Shown one piece after another: positions 1 to 13,800 of a stretch of 64,000 nt of DNA (the stretch's first letter is position 1; every line of letters starts with the position of its first letter). A model generated the notes under the pieces. That model worked only from the letters and a program-made list of their open reading frames with translations, made no database searches and was not told the DNA's origin. This DNA comes from Laetmonice hystrix. Its lineage: Eukaryota. The translations under genes and the position numbers were made by a program. Location: positions 10,974,001 to 11,038,000 of the forward strand of contig OZ249437.1 of assembly GCA_965235115.1 (NCBI GenBank), read 5' to 3'.

Positions 1-1894
1 ATAGACAATTGGTGCTTTGTTTACTACGTCGTCCCCCTGCGTCAGTGTCTAAGATGGCCCCCTTCACACGTCCTGGGTAGTCATCCATCTTTGAGATCCA
101 ATTAGGACTTGACTCAATTTGCACACAAATAACACTGTTTGCTATATAACACTATGCCTGTAAATGGAAGTCTGGCATTGTTCTTTTTCTGTGTTCAAAT
201 CTAATCGTTCCGACACACAATTCATTGATAATCTAATATACGTGTGGAGGCTTTTTAAGCACAAAAACTGAACTGTTCATTTAGATATAGAAAAAAAGTG
301 TTGTTTGTTACTAATTTTCTACATTCCCAATGCATTTTTCTTCTGGTTAGGTGCTGCGAGTTTGGAAGGCCGACTTTGCCTGCCGTTTGCCTGCCTTCCA
401 AGCATTAATTCCATCCAACTAGTCCTCCATACTGTGAACTCATAGCAGGAAATGTGTGCTCTTAGCCAACACGAGCAGCAGTATGGCCAGCCATGATTTT
501 ATCATTCAGCGTCTGTCGCGTGGAATTTTTCAAACATACCTCGGGGCTAAGTAAAGGATTTTACGTTGGCAGATTCGCACGAGCAAACTGGGCTAAATCA
601 GATTGTGTTTGTTCCCGTAGCCTGTGCTGGGCTGACAGTGGCGCGCGGCACAGGGTTGATGAGCGTGAAGCCGGCTCGCTGGGCGGGCCTCCTGTCTTGT
701 CTCTGACATCAGTGTGGTGAACAGCTGAGAAACTTTAAATTGTCATCCGTCCATAATAGTTCCCTCCAGGTATGGATCATTGAAATCGCTGCTTTTAATT
801 AGCACCGCCATTAGCATATTAATTAAAGAAAACAGGCACCAGATGGGAGTGGCACATCAAGCGCAAAGTTTCTGAACTTTACGTTTTTCTCCACAACAGC
901 TGTTGAACTATGGGATAAGCCCTGGCTCTGACGATAGGGACCTTGCTTAGTATTGTAAGTGAGGTGACAGTCAAAAAAAGATAGGCAGCACAACATGCTT
1001 GTAGGCATCAGCTCTCAAACAATAGCGGGTTAAGGTACAGCTTGTCAACAATCCATTATGCCACCCTGAGATGATGCAACGTGTAAGTGGCTGCTGGTAA
1101 CAACTTATTATCATTTTCCTGAAAATCTTTAGCAGAAAATTACCACGCAAAACACAAAAAATGTCATAAATCAGTTACTCTTAAAGATGTTAAGGATTTT
1201 TTTTACGTGGTAAATAATTTATACGTATCTTTAAGACAAGATGCTTGTCGAAAGAAACGACTTACAACGTCTGTTTTAATGCCCTTCAGGGTGGATTTGT
1301 CATATCTTCTTTAGTTAAACTTCTTCATGTGCTTCTCGGCAGGTTCTTCAAGCCACCCCCTGGCAGATATCACTACCTTATATAGAGATCGGGTGTGCAC
1401 TAACAACTACACCTCACACAGAATTAGACTTCTCAGCTTACCGTATAATTCCATACATGCCCACGGAGCTGGGGATGGAGGAAGTTTTAAGTCACCTTTT
1501 CTCTCTCTGGTTCTTATGTAAGTCCATTTAACAAATATAAGGATTAACATTCAAAAGCCCTTAGCTCTTTGCTCATGAGACCTCCAAAGAGAGACTTCCC
1601 TTGAATGAACATTCTGCGGGAAGTCCTATATTAAAAAAGTAGCAAACTTTTTTTACAACTCTTCATAAGGTGATTATGACTGTATAATGCCAGTGTATTT
1701 TATACGGTAATGTGTTGTAAACTTTACGAACTAGTTTAGGCGTTTTTCTTTTTAAAAAAATATTTTGGACGGGGTTAAATGACGAAATTCAGTTATTGTC
1801 AGACTTGAGACACTGAGAAGAGAGTTGCATTCTCTGTGCTGGCCCACACTCTGTCTGACCTAGTCACCCGGGCCTTGTTGGTTCGTTTCACGGG

Positions 1895-4800
1895 GTCACA
1901 ATTTCTTCCTGTCCACTTCAATACGGGCAACACAAAATATCAGCCTCGACCATTGTGGCACGATTCAGTGTTCTCAACCGGCATTCGAACCAAGTCAACT
2001 GTACTCAAGATGCAGGATTCAACATGATTCAAACTATACTGTCTATAGTACAAGTTGTGCGGTTTGTGAATGGGTGGAAAAATATCATATGGTCTGCCTA
2101 GGCGAGGTACAATGTGGATGCTACCTTCTTTATGGACACAACACAATGCTGTCATTGTCTGGGGGGAATGGATGAACGGAGAATTGAGAAAGGATGATAG
2201 ACTTGGGTCTCACTTCCTACGTGTCGGAGGATATCTTATAAAGCTCATCAAAAAAAGGCAAGACTGTCACATTTGTGCTCATCTGTAAAACTTTTGTCGA
2301 TCTAATCTTCAATCTTTGAATGACAACAAACTCGGTCTGAGGACCATTCATCCATTTTAGACCTTTTTGTTGGTATCAGTTGGGAAACAAATTCCAAATT
2401 TGTACCAAGTGACCCAGCTTGAGACGGTTTCTATTCTAAAGCCCTGCCACTCTATTCTGAATACTTATCTTAATTCGTACTGCCAAATAATAAGTCTCAA
2501 TCTGATTTTTTAAAAACCCATCAATACTCAGCCCATTCCCTGTCTTTGAAGGTGCTGCTGGTATTGATGACAGGAACCCAATGGGTAGCAAGGCTAGAGT
2601 TTGTGTAAAGTCCGGTCTATACTCTGTCCCTGCTCCCCCACTGTGACACGGCTGTGGCTGACAGCGTCACAACCCAACTTCACGGGGGAGGTCATTTTTC
2701 TTACTGAGGCTTCTCTTGGTCCTGGAGGTCGCCAACAGTCTATACTGCCTCCCCCAGCGAGTACGAGATGATGACAACTCAAGTACACACCGACAGCAAG
2801 CTCCATCTGCCCGACTTTTCCTACCTGTGTCATTCCCTGCTGGTTGTAAAGAAAGCGGTAGATAAACGGTAAAAAGGGGCAAAGACTTTCCGACCCAGCC
2901 AGGTTGGCGCTTTCACTGCTGTTAAACAGTGATTTGTCACAATTCTGGCGACAAGGGTCTTCTGATCTACGAGAACTCACGTTGTGACAATCCACCCGTT
3001 AATGATGACACAGACACTGGGTATATCAACAAACACAACAAATGACCAGTCTGATGACAACACACCAAAGAAATTCTAAAATTCATTAAAACAGATAAAA
3101 CACTCCGGCATCTGTAGGCCTACCTTGATTTGTCGTGGGCGGATTGTGAATTCTCATCAATTGTATAGGCCTACTGTACGATTCAAGACGTGATCTTTAG
3201 TTAAGATTTCATGTTCAGCTATTGCTCTTTCTAAAATATAATAATAATACATCTTTATTACATACATATATGAAAGCTCTATTATTAAGTCAATTAAAGC
3301 AGGATGTCTCCTTTTATGAATTACCAAAATAACAGCAGGCTTTTGTTAGAAATGATGGGGATGCGAGATTTAATTTAAAGATACCCGATTGCCTTGAAGC
3401 TACTACTTTTATAACAATGTTTGAAAACTAACTTTAATTAGCTGCTGCTCACCCCACTCCGCCCCGACTAAAAATAAAAGTAAAACGTCCCCGATGTCTA
3501 TCTTGACTTATTATAAACCTTTTTATTCGAAATAGAGATAAAATAGATAAAACCTTACTTTTCCTTGCTTTACCCTATACCCTGAAGGTAGAGGAGTGGT
3601 AGTAGGCGGGATGACAGGGGTTTAAGTGTTGGGCCCCTAGCACAGATGTACATACAGTATAGCTGTCATGAAGACCTCAGTTCTATATTTCTCACGAATG
3701 AAGTCAGTCCGTCAGTGAGACAGGCCTTGAGCAGTGGTAGAGGATAGGGAGAGAGGGAGAGAGAGAGAGAGCTGGCATTGCTCGCTGCCCGAGGGGTGCC
3801 TCGAACACTATGTTTATGCTGCACATTAGAAGGTGACGATCGTGTTAGACGGTTAGTGAGAGACATGGTCCATCGGGCCTGCGGCAGGTAACACTTTCTA
3901 CCGCCGCCACCTCTAAGTGTGGGCCCGCGGGACTAGGTCACAGTGATACCGTCTAGACTTGGAGCCCCGTACATCCAACTTCGATTAGACCTGTCAAAGA
4001 CCTACTTTGATTCGAACCAACACCACACCTCCCAAAATAGCAACACGAGTGTTTTCGAAGAAAATCTGTTTAAATCAGAAAAGGAGGGCAGGTTAAATAT
4101 GTGAAAGAATAATGAATCTTAATTTGGGATTACTCGACTTTCAGGCCCATGGTATATCGGTATATCATGGTACATGATTCTTTTTCAGATATACCTTAAA
4201 GAAGCTCATTAAAGGTGCTATTCGTGAACAAAAATTCAATTTTTTTATTTTTAATTTTGTTGACGTTTATGTGATCCCACCTATCATGGAAATAGATTCA
4301 CAACGAAGGAAATCAAAATTTTTCATGGATAACGGCACAAATGGGGCTCTCCCAGAAGGCCTGTGGAGACCCTGACACGCCCCACCATAGGAAATGGCTC
4401 TATCTCGGTGCGCACCGAGATAGGTTTCAAATGCTGCACACAAACTAATAGAAGGTTTATCAGGCCAATGGTATCGGTAGGAATTGTTTCTAGTACTATG
4501 TGCACAATGTATGATAGGAGAAATGCCATTCTGTGCGAGACGAATAGCACCTTTAAAAGCATCAGAACATCTTTCTTTGCAAACGTCATTATAACCCTTG
4601 TTTTGATTTCTCAAGGCATTCCCTTGAAAATGCAAGTAGGGGCCTACCAAAGGACCCTTTATATAAAACAGGATAATTTTTAAAATGTATGTACAATACG
4701 TGTACATATGCACTTACCTATATAGGCATAATTCGCATTTCTGGGACTTTTGCCTTGCGGGAGTTCATTTGTCGACAGGAGAAGATGAGAATCAGCCCTT

Positions 4801-7800
4801 CTCTAAACCACACGTTCTGCGAACTCAAAGTCTAGAGTTCCGATCAGTTTCACCTGTCGAACGGTACCAGCTCAGGCCATTGCACTTCCGGTATATGCTG
4901 CTCTCTGCAATAGCAAGTCCGGTTGAATAAGGAATCGGGATAAAAATGATGGCATGACGTTCTTTGCTAACGTAAATCACAGACACTTAGGTAAAGGGAG
5001 TTATTCCAAGGAAGAGTGGGAATGCGGGGAGACGGAGGGGGTGGGTGGAGGGGGTAAGGAGGGGGGGGGGGCAAAAGGCAGCCCACCTGGTCGCATGCTT
5101 GCCATGTTCTCAACAACGGCCCTCAATTCTAATGCACTGCACACACGAGTAAAACCTTTGTCTAAGGACCGGGGTTGTTTTGACAGCGCTAAAGCAGGCA
5201 TGGGGAACATTTATTTAAACTACGATTTTCCAGCAATTGAAAGATCTTAGACATTATCGTAATCCCCTGCTGCGCAGTGATCACGATTTCTTGAGCTGAG
5301 CTTCTAGTTGGCAGATCTGATTGTTGTTAAATTGTTTGAAAATGGACAAAAGTTCAGAGAACTTGGAAATTCAGAGACTATGCCCACACAAAGAATTTTG
5401 CTAACCTCTTTGAGCAGTATCCAAGTGTTGCCTGCCATGGGTTTCCACGTCAGGTGCTATAGCTTTACACCCCAAACGTAAGCAGTTATAAAGGAGCACA
5501 TTGCCCACTTATCTTGGTGTCTAAGCATGCTTGCACGAATCAGGGCAATTATCGCTGCCCTATGCCATATAGCACACTTCAAAATTGACTTTTGCGTGTC
5601 TGAAACCTCTGAAAACACCACATGCTCACACCAAAGGGGTGTGGAACCTGACACCATCGCCTTTGTTGGTTTGTAGATTTTATGTTCAATTATAAAACCG
5701 TATAATCTTGCTGACAAAGGACGTGTGTCGGCGCATGGCGTAATCGACGCGTAGCGGCGGCCACACTGTCAGCACCAATTCTTGGCCACCACTCTCAAAT
5801 TTACATCATATTCATAATTACATTGATTTTAATTGCAAAGTCAGTTTCGCACACCAACCTATATTTACTTCTGTGTCCTGAAATAATATACGTTGTGTTC
5901 ATCAAAATTCCAATTAATTTAAAAATAACAACATCTTAAATGTAATACCTCAAAGTTGAAGAAATTTAAAGCAGACATTTACGATCCGTACTAAGTATGT
6001 TTTGCATTAACAACACGTAAGGGAAAATTTAATTTATAATTTTATTATTCATGCTATTCACTATAACAGTATCATTAAGACGTCTTATGCAGGACCGATA
6101 TCGTTTCCCGTCATTTTGCATTAATTCCGTATTATCTCTTTTGATAGTCGAATAAAAATATTGTAAATTAAATATCATGCGTAGCATTCTGAAATACAAT
6201 ATTTAAAGCAGACTTTACTAAGAATAACTTATGCCATTCGATTAATGTGATGGTCTGTCATTAGTATCACCTTGATGAATATTGTAAGAAATTGGTCAAT
6301 TAAACTTACAACTTTAAAAAGGCCACCCTCAAACTGCATCACCCGCATGCATATTAATACATGTACCAATAATTACGTTGTCCAAAAAAGCTTAGTTCGT
6401 CTGCCGGCCACAGGAGGCAGCACCATATAGGGCCCTCGCAAATCTGCCTGCGTTTTCCATAAGACGAATGATTAAATTGGAGCAAATTCCATGAGCAATT
6501 CGGCAAATGGAGGCAGGCAACAATGGAAGTGTGCCACGAAACCCAACACTACTCTTGTAATGCCCAATAATCATGGCGAATAACTCTTGATATAAGATCA
6601 TTACACTTTTCATGTCTGTGACTGGAAGAAGATCATTAATTTGATACCACGTTCGGGTTACCTAATCACAGGCAGGGCAGCCATTTGTCCATTGTTGGAG
6701 TGCTGTCCGGCTGAAAGCCTGAAATCTGAGTCAGTATCCAAATAGATTACTGATGTCGCCATCGCTGCGTCCGAAGCTCTGAAACGTTAAGTAGCCAGTT
6801 CAGTAAATGCCGCAATCTGCATCCAATACCGCACAGCTCGCCCAAACAGGGCTCTTTTGTTTTGGGGCCGTGTTTTGCCATGAATGTCAAACCACAATTT
6901 TTGGGTGATAATCTGACAAAGTAATTAGTTTTTTCTGCCTTTCACACCTGCCATGATCAGCTCTCAGTAATGGATCGAACCTGAACCAATCGGTTGAGGC
7001 TAGAGTTAACGCAGCAAGGTAATATGAGTATTTAGTGCTTGAATCTGTCACCACCGAGACAAGTCAATGAGGGCTTTCACACCTACTCTTCTGGAACAGC
7101 TGAACTTTTAATTTATCTGCACCACTCTCTGTGCTCTGACCGATTGGCCCAGCCATTTTTTTCTATATTTGACTGGGACGCACGTATAGTATTGCCAAAA
7201 GTAAAAGTTGTGATTAGAAGTTTACTTAATCATATATAGCCCTCTATACTAACCTCTTTATCAAGTAATAGAGTAATAATTTCACCTTCTTCTTATTGTT
7301 ATTATATTAGTGAATATACCTTCTCATTTCTTTTTTAACATCTCAATTATTTTTACCAATAAATAGATTCTTTCTATCTACAAAGGGCAATCTATTAATG
7401 TAGTATTACGGTGTCGGCGGCATAGCCTCTGAAAGTGTCAATCTGGCCTAAAATAAGAACCAATTATTTAGTTACCTCTACAGCAAATCAAAGGGTGTCA
7501 TATTTGCTTGAATGTGAAAAGTAACAATTTGCCAAGCAGACGCCTAGCGCCATGACACTTAATGTCTCTCAAGAAAAGACACTAAATTAACAACGGGGAT
7601 ATATTATAAGTAAGGTCAGAATTACCCCCCCCCCCCCGGAATATTAATTATGTCAACTTAAAAAGACTCTGACCCTCTCTGGGCTTACCCACGACCACAT
7701 CATTCCATGTCACCTCAGACTTGAGAAGAAATCGCATCAAGTTACGACCAGGTTGTATGCGAGAACATCATCAGAGTAAGACGATACCCTCTACCAACTT

Positions 7801-10800
7801 CTGAATGTAGAATTGTAATCCCCTTGGGCTTACAAATTACCGTCATGTAGAGGGGCACTGACCGTGGACAAGGAATTCATAACAATGTGTACGTTCTGCC
7901 AGTCCCTTTTACCCTTGGCGGTCGCCATAACAACAGCCCATTTCTAAATCCCCATCCTCTCATAGAAACCATCCAGGTAGACAACAGACAATTGCCCGGC
8001 TTAATTTTTTTTTCATGTTTTGATACCAAATAATACTAATGACACTGATTGCTTCAGATGTGGCCCATTTTCTGTAATCTCATTCCTGATTAGATGCTTT
8101 CAAATTATTCAATCCGGAAACTTTAGCCGAAATCAAGGTCCAACTTTGCGGGAGCGCACAAAAGTGGCTTTGGTTTTTGTGGTTGGTTTTGATTTCATCT
8201 CACCGCACCAATTTGTATGCTGATACTTAATGACGGGTCAGCCAACTTCCTGACGAATTACGCTCACAATCTTACGACTCAATCCCAGAGCAGCATCACA
8301 GGTCCTTAATTCCTCTCTGTGTCCGCGTTTTTCATCCACCTTTAATTTCCAACAAGAGCAAATTAATAAGTACATCAAGGAACCACCATCTAATTGATGG
8401 GTGATGCTTTGTCTTCGGCTGCAACTTTTCTTGTGAAGCGGCAGTAATTTGGCGCGGAATCCGGGCCGTATTGTGAGAGAGTACTTTCATGTGTAGCATG
8501 GTCAGGCCGTGTGTACCTGAGAGAAAGACCACATCAAACGACATATAGAGAGCTGTAGCTAGTAGAGGTAAACCACAACCACACCCGAACACGGATGTTA
8601 AGTGTGGCCCTTGGGTAGAGTGTATCAATAGCGAGTCCTTAAATCTGCGCACCACAAGCTCGGCTTTACGTGAGCCTGTATATAAAAGAAAGGCAGACGA
8701 CCAAAGGAGAAGCGCCAATCACAATTAGAGTACATGGAACTTCCATCATCACAGCAGTCTTATCCGCCATCATCTATTGCATGTTTAACCCTTGGAACAC
8801 CGGCGTAGGCTATATATGCTCCAAGTAATCCTGATCACTCAAAATAGGAAGATTCTGAGTATATAAACTTCCCAGATATTTAACATATCTTACAGACGCA
8901 GTGTTTCATGTTTACCAACGCTTGTGACCGATCAGGAGATGATGGTCTCTCTGTGACCTCTCAGTATGAATCAGCATCCCCTAACTACAGATGGGCACAC
9001 GAGATAGTTGACGTACTCTGATCATGATCCACCCATTGTCCATACAGACCACCAGCTTTTTGAGATGATAACTCAATCCCGTTCTCCATGGCAGAAATGA
9101 CCAGGTCAACGACAGCGACTAACCGAATTATCATGATCCAACAGACAAAAAGTGACTTGAAACCCCCTTCAGTTTCGGGTCACCGTGGCCATGTCATTAG
9201 CAGCTGCCAACTGGACCCCCTGTCGACCCTGCAAGTGTTCGAGCCACCCGGCAGGCCTATCCGATTCGAAAATCACATAATTATAGATCAATTCAAAAAC
9301 AAAGCCTTCAAGGGTGGAGCGGCCACCGTGGTTGTTGTCCACAAAGCTTGTCATTTACGGCATAAAATATGTGCCGGTGTGGCCCGGTAGCTGGTCAGGC
9401 TCTCGGCCTTGACCTCCGCTATTGTCGACTGACCCCGGGGCCAGCTGCGATTGTCAAGGTCACTGACTTGGAAACACGGGTCGTGGTCTGTACCGTGAAT
9501 GATTCTATAAACGAGAGGTCTCGATCAGCACCACGGGTGGGTTTTAAAAAAATATAGTAATTACTGAGCTTTATGATAAACTACAGGATCTACACAGCAA
9601 TATTCAAGGATCGTGTGTATATAAGATGTAGGCTACTGTGCCTTCAAATATAGCAGTCGCAATACAGTAGGCCCTAAGTTGTTGAAATCCACCTTTCAAT
9701 GCCTTCCCTTTCCCTCAATCATATGGTCCCATGGGTTATCTTGTACCTACATGTATAATGCACAACTCGCATTTGAAAAATTGTTTATTTTTTTTATAAT
9801 GCCAAGCGCCGCTGAAAAAGATTTCAGTTCCTCATATAGGCCTACAAAATGGGGGTTCTTATTCTATTAAATTGGGTCGTTAGGGACTAACTACAATCTG
9901 GAACAGTGCATTTTTAGCGAGCTGCTGTCAAGTGAAATAAAGGAGCAAGCGTGAAGATTTACAGGTGGGTTTTCAAACAAACACCTGGACACTTAATGAA
10001 TGTTTGAGGGGTGGGCACCACCACCCCAGTCTGGTACTCCCACCACCCCATCAGTCCACCCGTCGGTCGGTGCGGGCGGCCGCCAGTCTGTCCACCCGTC
10101 CGTCGTCCAGCCGACCGTCCTATACCAGCGGTACAGGAGCGCCACCACAGCCCACCGCCCTCCTCAATGGGAGCCCCCAGCCTGGCATGTGCTGGGGGGC
10201 GGGGGGTGTCAGGGGGGGACAAAAAACCGGGCCACGATTGATGTGACCCATCACTCAGATGTGTCTTTGGCGAGGTAAGATCAAACGACCCGTGCACCTG
10301 ATACCGGCCGAGTTTATCTACTTCACGGATACCTTCTCGACAAGAGTCCCAGGTGTGGGACAATTAATTCCTTGCCATTACAATTTGCAGGTACCTGCAC
10401 CATGCTATTACCTAAAGAACTTCCTGATCACCGCCTTCGGGCTTTACATCACTTCTAAATAGCCTCCCACAAATGTAATGCTAATTTCAAATGACAAATC
10501 TTTAAATCAAAATAAATTCCTCATAAAATGTTAGAATATGTATATACAAGTCATGTGTAGTTTGAAATTATGGAAACGCCATCGGCTTGAAACGATATCT
10601 GATTCCGGTAAGGGCAGAACGAAAACGCGTTTCCATATGAGAAGTGCTACTCGGGAAAACGAATGACTTTCTTGTGAAACGTGTAATTTAGGATCCCAAG
10701 TTTAGACAGGCAGTTTATTTTCATTATTGTGATGTGGTAGTTTGTCATGCTAACAGAGGAAGATCTATACAGTAAGTGATACGGCAAGTTACGGGCTGAA

Positions 10801-13800
10801 GACTCTCTAGGCTCCTTACAGAACATCATTTACCTTTAGCCATCCGGTTGAAGGCAGTCCTTCGCCGGCAATAATGTACTTTCTAAATTAGCTTTCCTTC
10901 TCAACGACAACACTATTATTACAGAAAACCTGACACCAACTCTGAGCCACTATCAGATAACGCAAACGCTTCATTCCTCTCTTTGCAATTTATTCCAATC
11001 CTGATCGCCGAGATAAGATGCAACAAAAAACCTTCATGCCCTGCCTCAAAGTCGACAAGACAAAAGTCCGGATTTCAAGTCGGTTGCTTGCACTGATCTA
11101 TGCCAGGACAAATGATGGACCTGGCCTGCGACCCATTACAGAAGGCAGGCCAAATAAATTGTCATTAATCTCTGTTGTGACACCCGGAATGGACTGGCAA
11201 CTGAATGGTATACAATAGAGGGAGGGTAAATTTACAGGGCACGTTGGTGGACGCTGGTCAAACTGCACCTATTTGGTTTACATAGGCCATTGTCCCAGTC
11301 GGCCCATGCATTGCAATGGCCACTTCATTTAAACATTCATAGCCCTTGACTCGGACCAAACTTTTCAAACCTGATCGTCTGTGACCTGGACTTAGATTTT
11401 CTTACCACTCATTTTTCTTTCCCAAGCATGATTTTACATCTCAAGTGACAGTAGTATGTTTTTCATCCCAATTATTATGTCCCTGACTTATGATGCATTC
11501 GGAGCCCACGCCAAGGTCCTTGTGCCTGACCGAGGAGATTCGAGATAAGTTTTTAGTTCGCAGTCTGAGGGACATATAAATTGCTCCCCAGTTTCAAAAC
11601 TTCTACACTACCGAGTAAAGATGTATAAATACCCGCTGACGGAATGTCGGTGGGGTACGTAGACTTGTGGGAGGAGAAAGCAAAGAGAAATTAATACCCT
11701 GTGAAGTGTAAAATCATCAGCCATGTGGCCTAGAGGGCCGAACTGTTGCCACTCGCAGGGAGCCCACACGGTCGGCCCTCTTGGTGTTCTCAACCAGTGA
11801 TAAATGAGTAGTGAATCCATCGTCCTGCCAACACTCTACCTATCCACCCCCACCCCAGTCTATCTCTCACCATCGTAGACATATAGCGAGACGTATACTT
11901 CTAAATGACAGCCAGCTCCAGCTACATATCGGAACCAAATCTATTGTTCAATCCATAATAAAAACGCCGACAAAAAAGTGAGACGGGGGTCTCCCGTCCT
12001 GTACTGACACTGTTACCTTTAGCGGAAGACACATCTTAATCATGAGAAATGTGCCCGGTGCTGTGTGAGGGAAGGCCTATCATCTGTTCCGGCATGTTCT
12101 CTTATCGACAGCCAGGCACCCCGTGTCCACGCACAGGCGGAATTTTGAGATCAATTGATTCACACCTGAGATGATTAAAAGGTAGCGACATAAGAAGATC
12201 GGCCCCCAAACAAACGTAGGGTGTGGGGGGTTGAAGGGTGTCCCGCGGGGGGTGGTGGGGACTCCCCCCGCCTCCCCTAGCCGGACCTTGTTGATGAGGG
12301 CGCTCAGACCGGACCCCCAGCCTGGTCTGAAATACCTATCTGAATAACTAATGATATACGTGGTGGCGCCCAGTCCGTTGGCGTGAAGCCCACATAACCA
12401 CCACCACTCTTCAATAGGTGTCAGGTGGGCTCGAAGGCCTGGGGGGTATTTGCATTGGTCATGATACATCCGATTGCACCCCTCAACCCTGGGGGTACGA
12501 ACTCTTGGTCTCCCGCTCGCTCGGAGAAAGTGTGGTGAGAGACAGAAGAAAAGACAGGGGGAGTTGGAGCCGAGACGAGAGGGTCTGACCCCTGCGGGCG
12601 GTGTCCAATAGGGGGCGTTAGTGTGCCTGAAGCCGGTTGTCTGATCGCGGGACAGCGTCACGCACAATACCCTCACCCCAACACCCCACACCCGGCCCTG
12701 CCACTGGACTGCTACTGTTCGCACACACTTTTGGCGCCTTTGGCACCTGCCCGTCGGTGGTTCACACCAAGAAACGCCAGAAATCCCCTAAAGGCCGGCA
12801 TTATCGTCGCACATGTTTGCCCTCCGCACGACTCAAAAGGCAAACATTTGGCACATATCGTGTTACCTTGTTGCACAACCCCGAGCAGGTCACACCTCGG
12901 GGGCAGAATTTGTCCAAATCTAATGGTTGCACACAGGTGATTGACCTGTTTGGTTGTCAGGTAACGAACTACCTCCCACATGGTTACCACCTGATCTACC
13001 ACCAATCTTGTATGATAGGGCTGGCAATGATGCGAAACGCATTGCATGTAGAACCCCACCCCCACTCAACCTGCTGCCGCCAGCCAAAAAAATACCACAG
13101 ACCTTGGAGGCACAAGTTGTCATCAGTAAATTATTGGGACACTGCAGGTAACGGTGTCCGGAGGTATACATCAAATCTCACCTAATCTACTCATGTGTCA
13201 TTATGCTAGAGGCATTGAGTTCATCGAAAAGAGCAAAGCATGAAATTCCTATTAGTGTTATAGTGTGCCTACAGCTAAAGCAACCATTTGACTTCGAACA
13301 TTGGCACCAGCCATGGTAGTTGTCAACTGAACATATAAAATATACACGACTCTGCCATCATCAACATTTTCTATTAGTTTTATGTGATGTTTTTGAATGT
13401 TGTTTGTGGATGGGCATTTTTGCAAAATGACCGTAACTATATTACTTGAGTAAAAATTTAAAAATGCTTTAGAACTAAAATGAACAGCAGGAGCAATTCA
13501 GGCTTCAGAATCTGATGATCTATTATTATGCTGTGAGATTTTTTTCATATGCCAGAGATTTATCATAATTTATATTTAACGATGCTTTTGTATCCTTCAC
13601 TGGCCATTTATCGAATGCTCCCGTATATGCCCTGAGGTTCTGAGGATGAAAATTTTAAATGTGTATAGGTCGTATACACGGCAGTATCCCACAATAGAGT
13701 GGTGACGTGACTTACCGGCTAAAGAGATAAAAACGCCCTAAAAAAGTGTCTTTACATGTCTTCTATACACAGAATAAAACAGAAATATGCCTTTCATGTC

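Noticed and set aside
4267-4713. Overlapping ORFs of 148, 106 and 88 aa
   Set aside because: No recognisable motifs or convincing splice context, and the lengths are compatible with chance in 64 kb.
12080-12724. 214-aa ORF with a WWWLCG motif reminiscent of a retroviral env protein
   Set aside because: No signal peptide, furin site, CX6CC motif or TM helix, and no adjacent pol or LTRs recognised.
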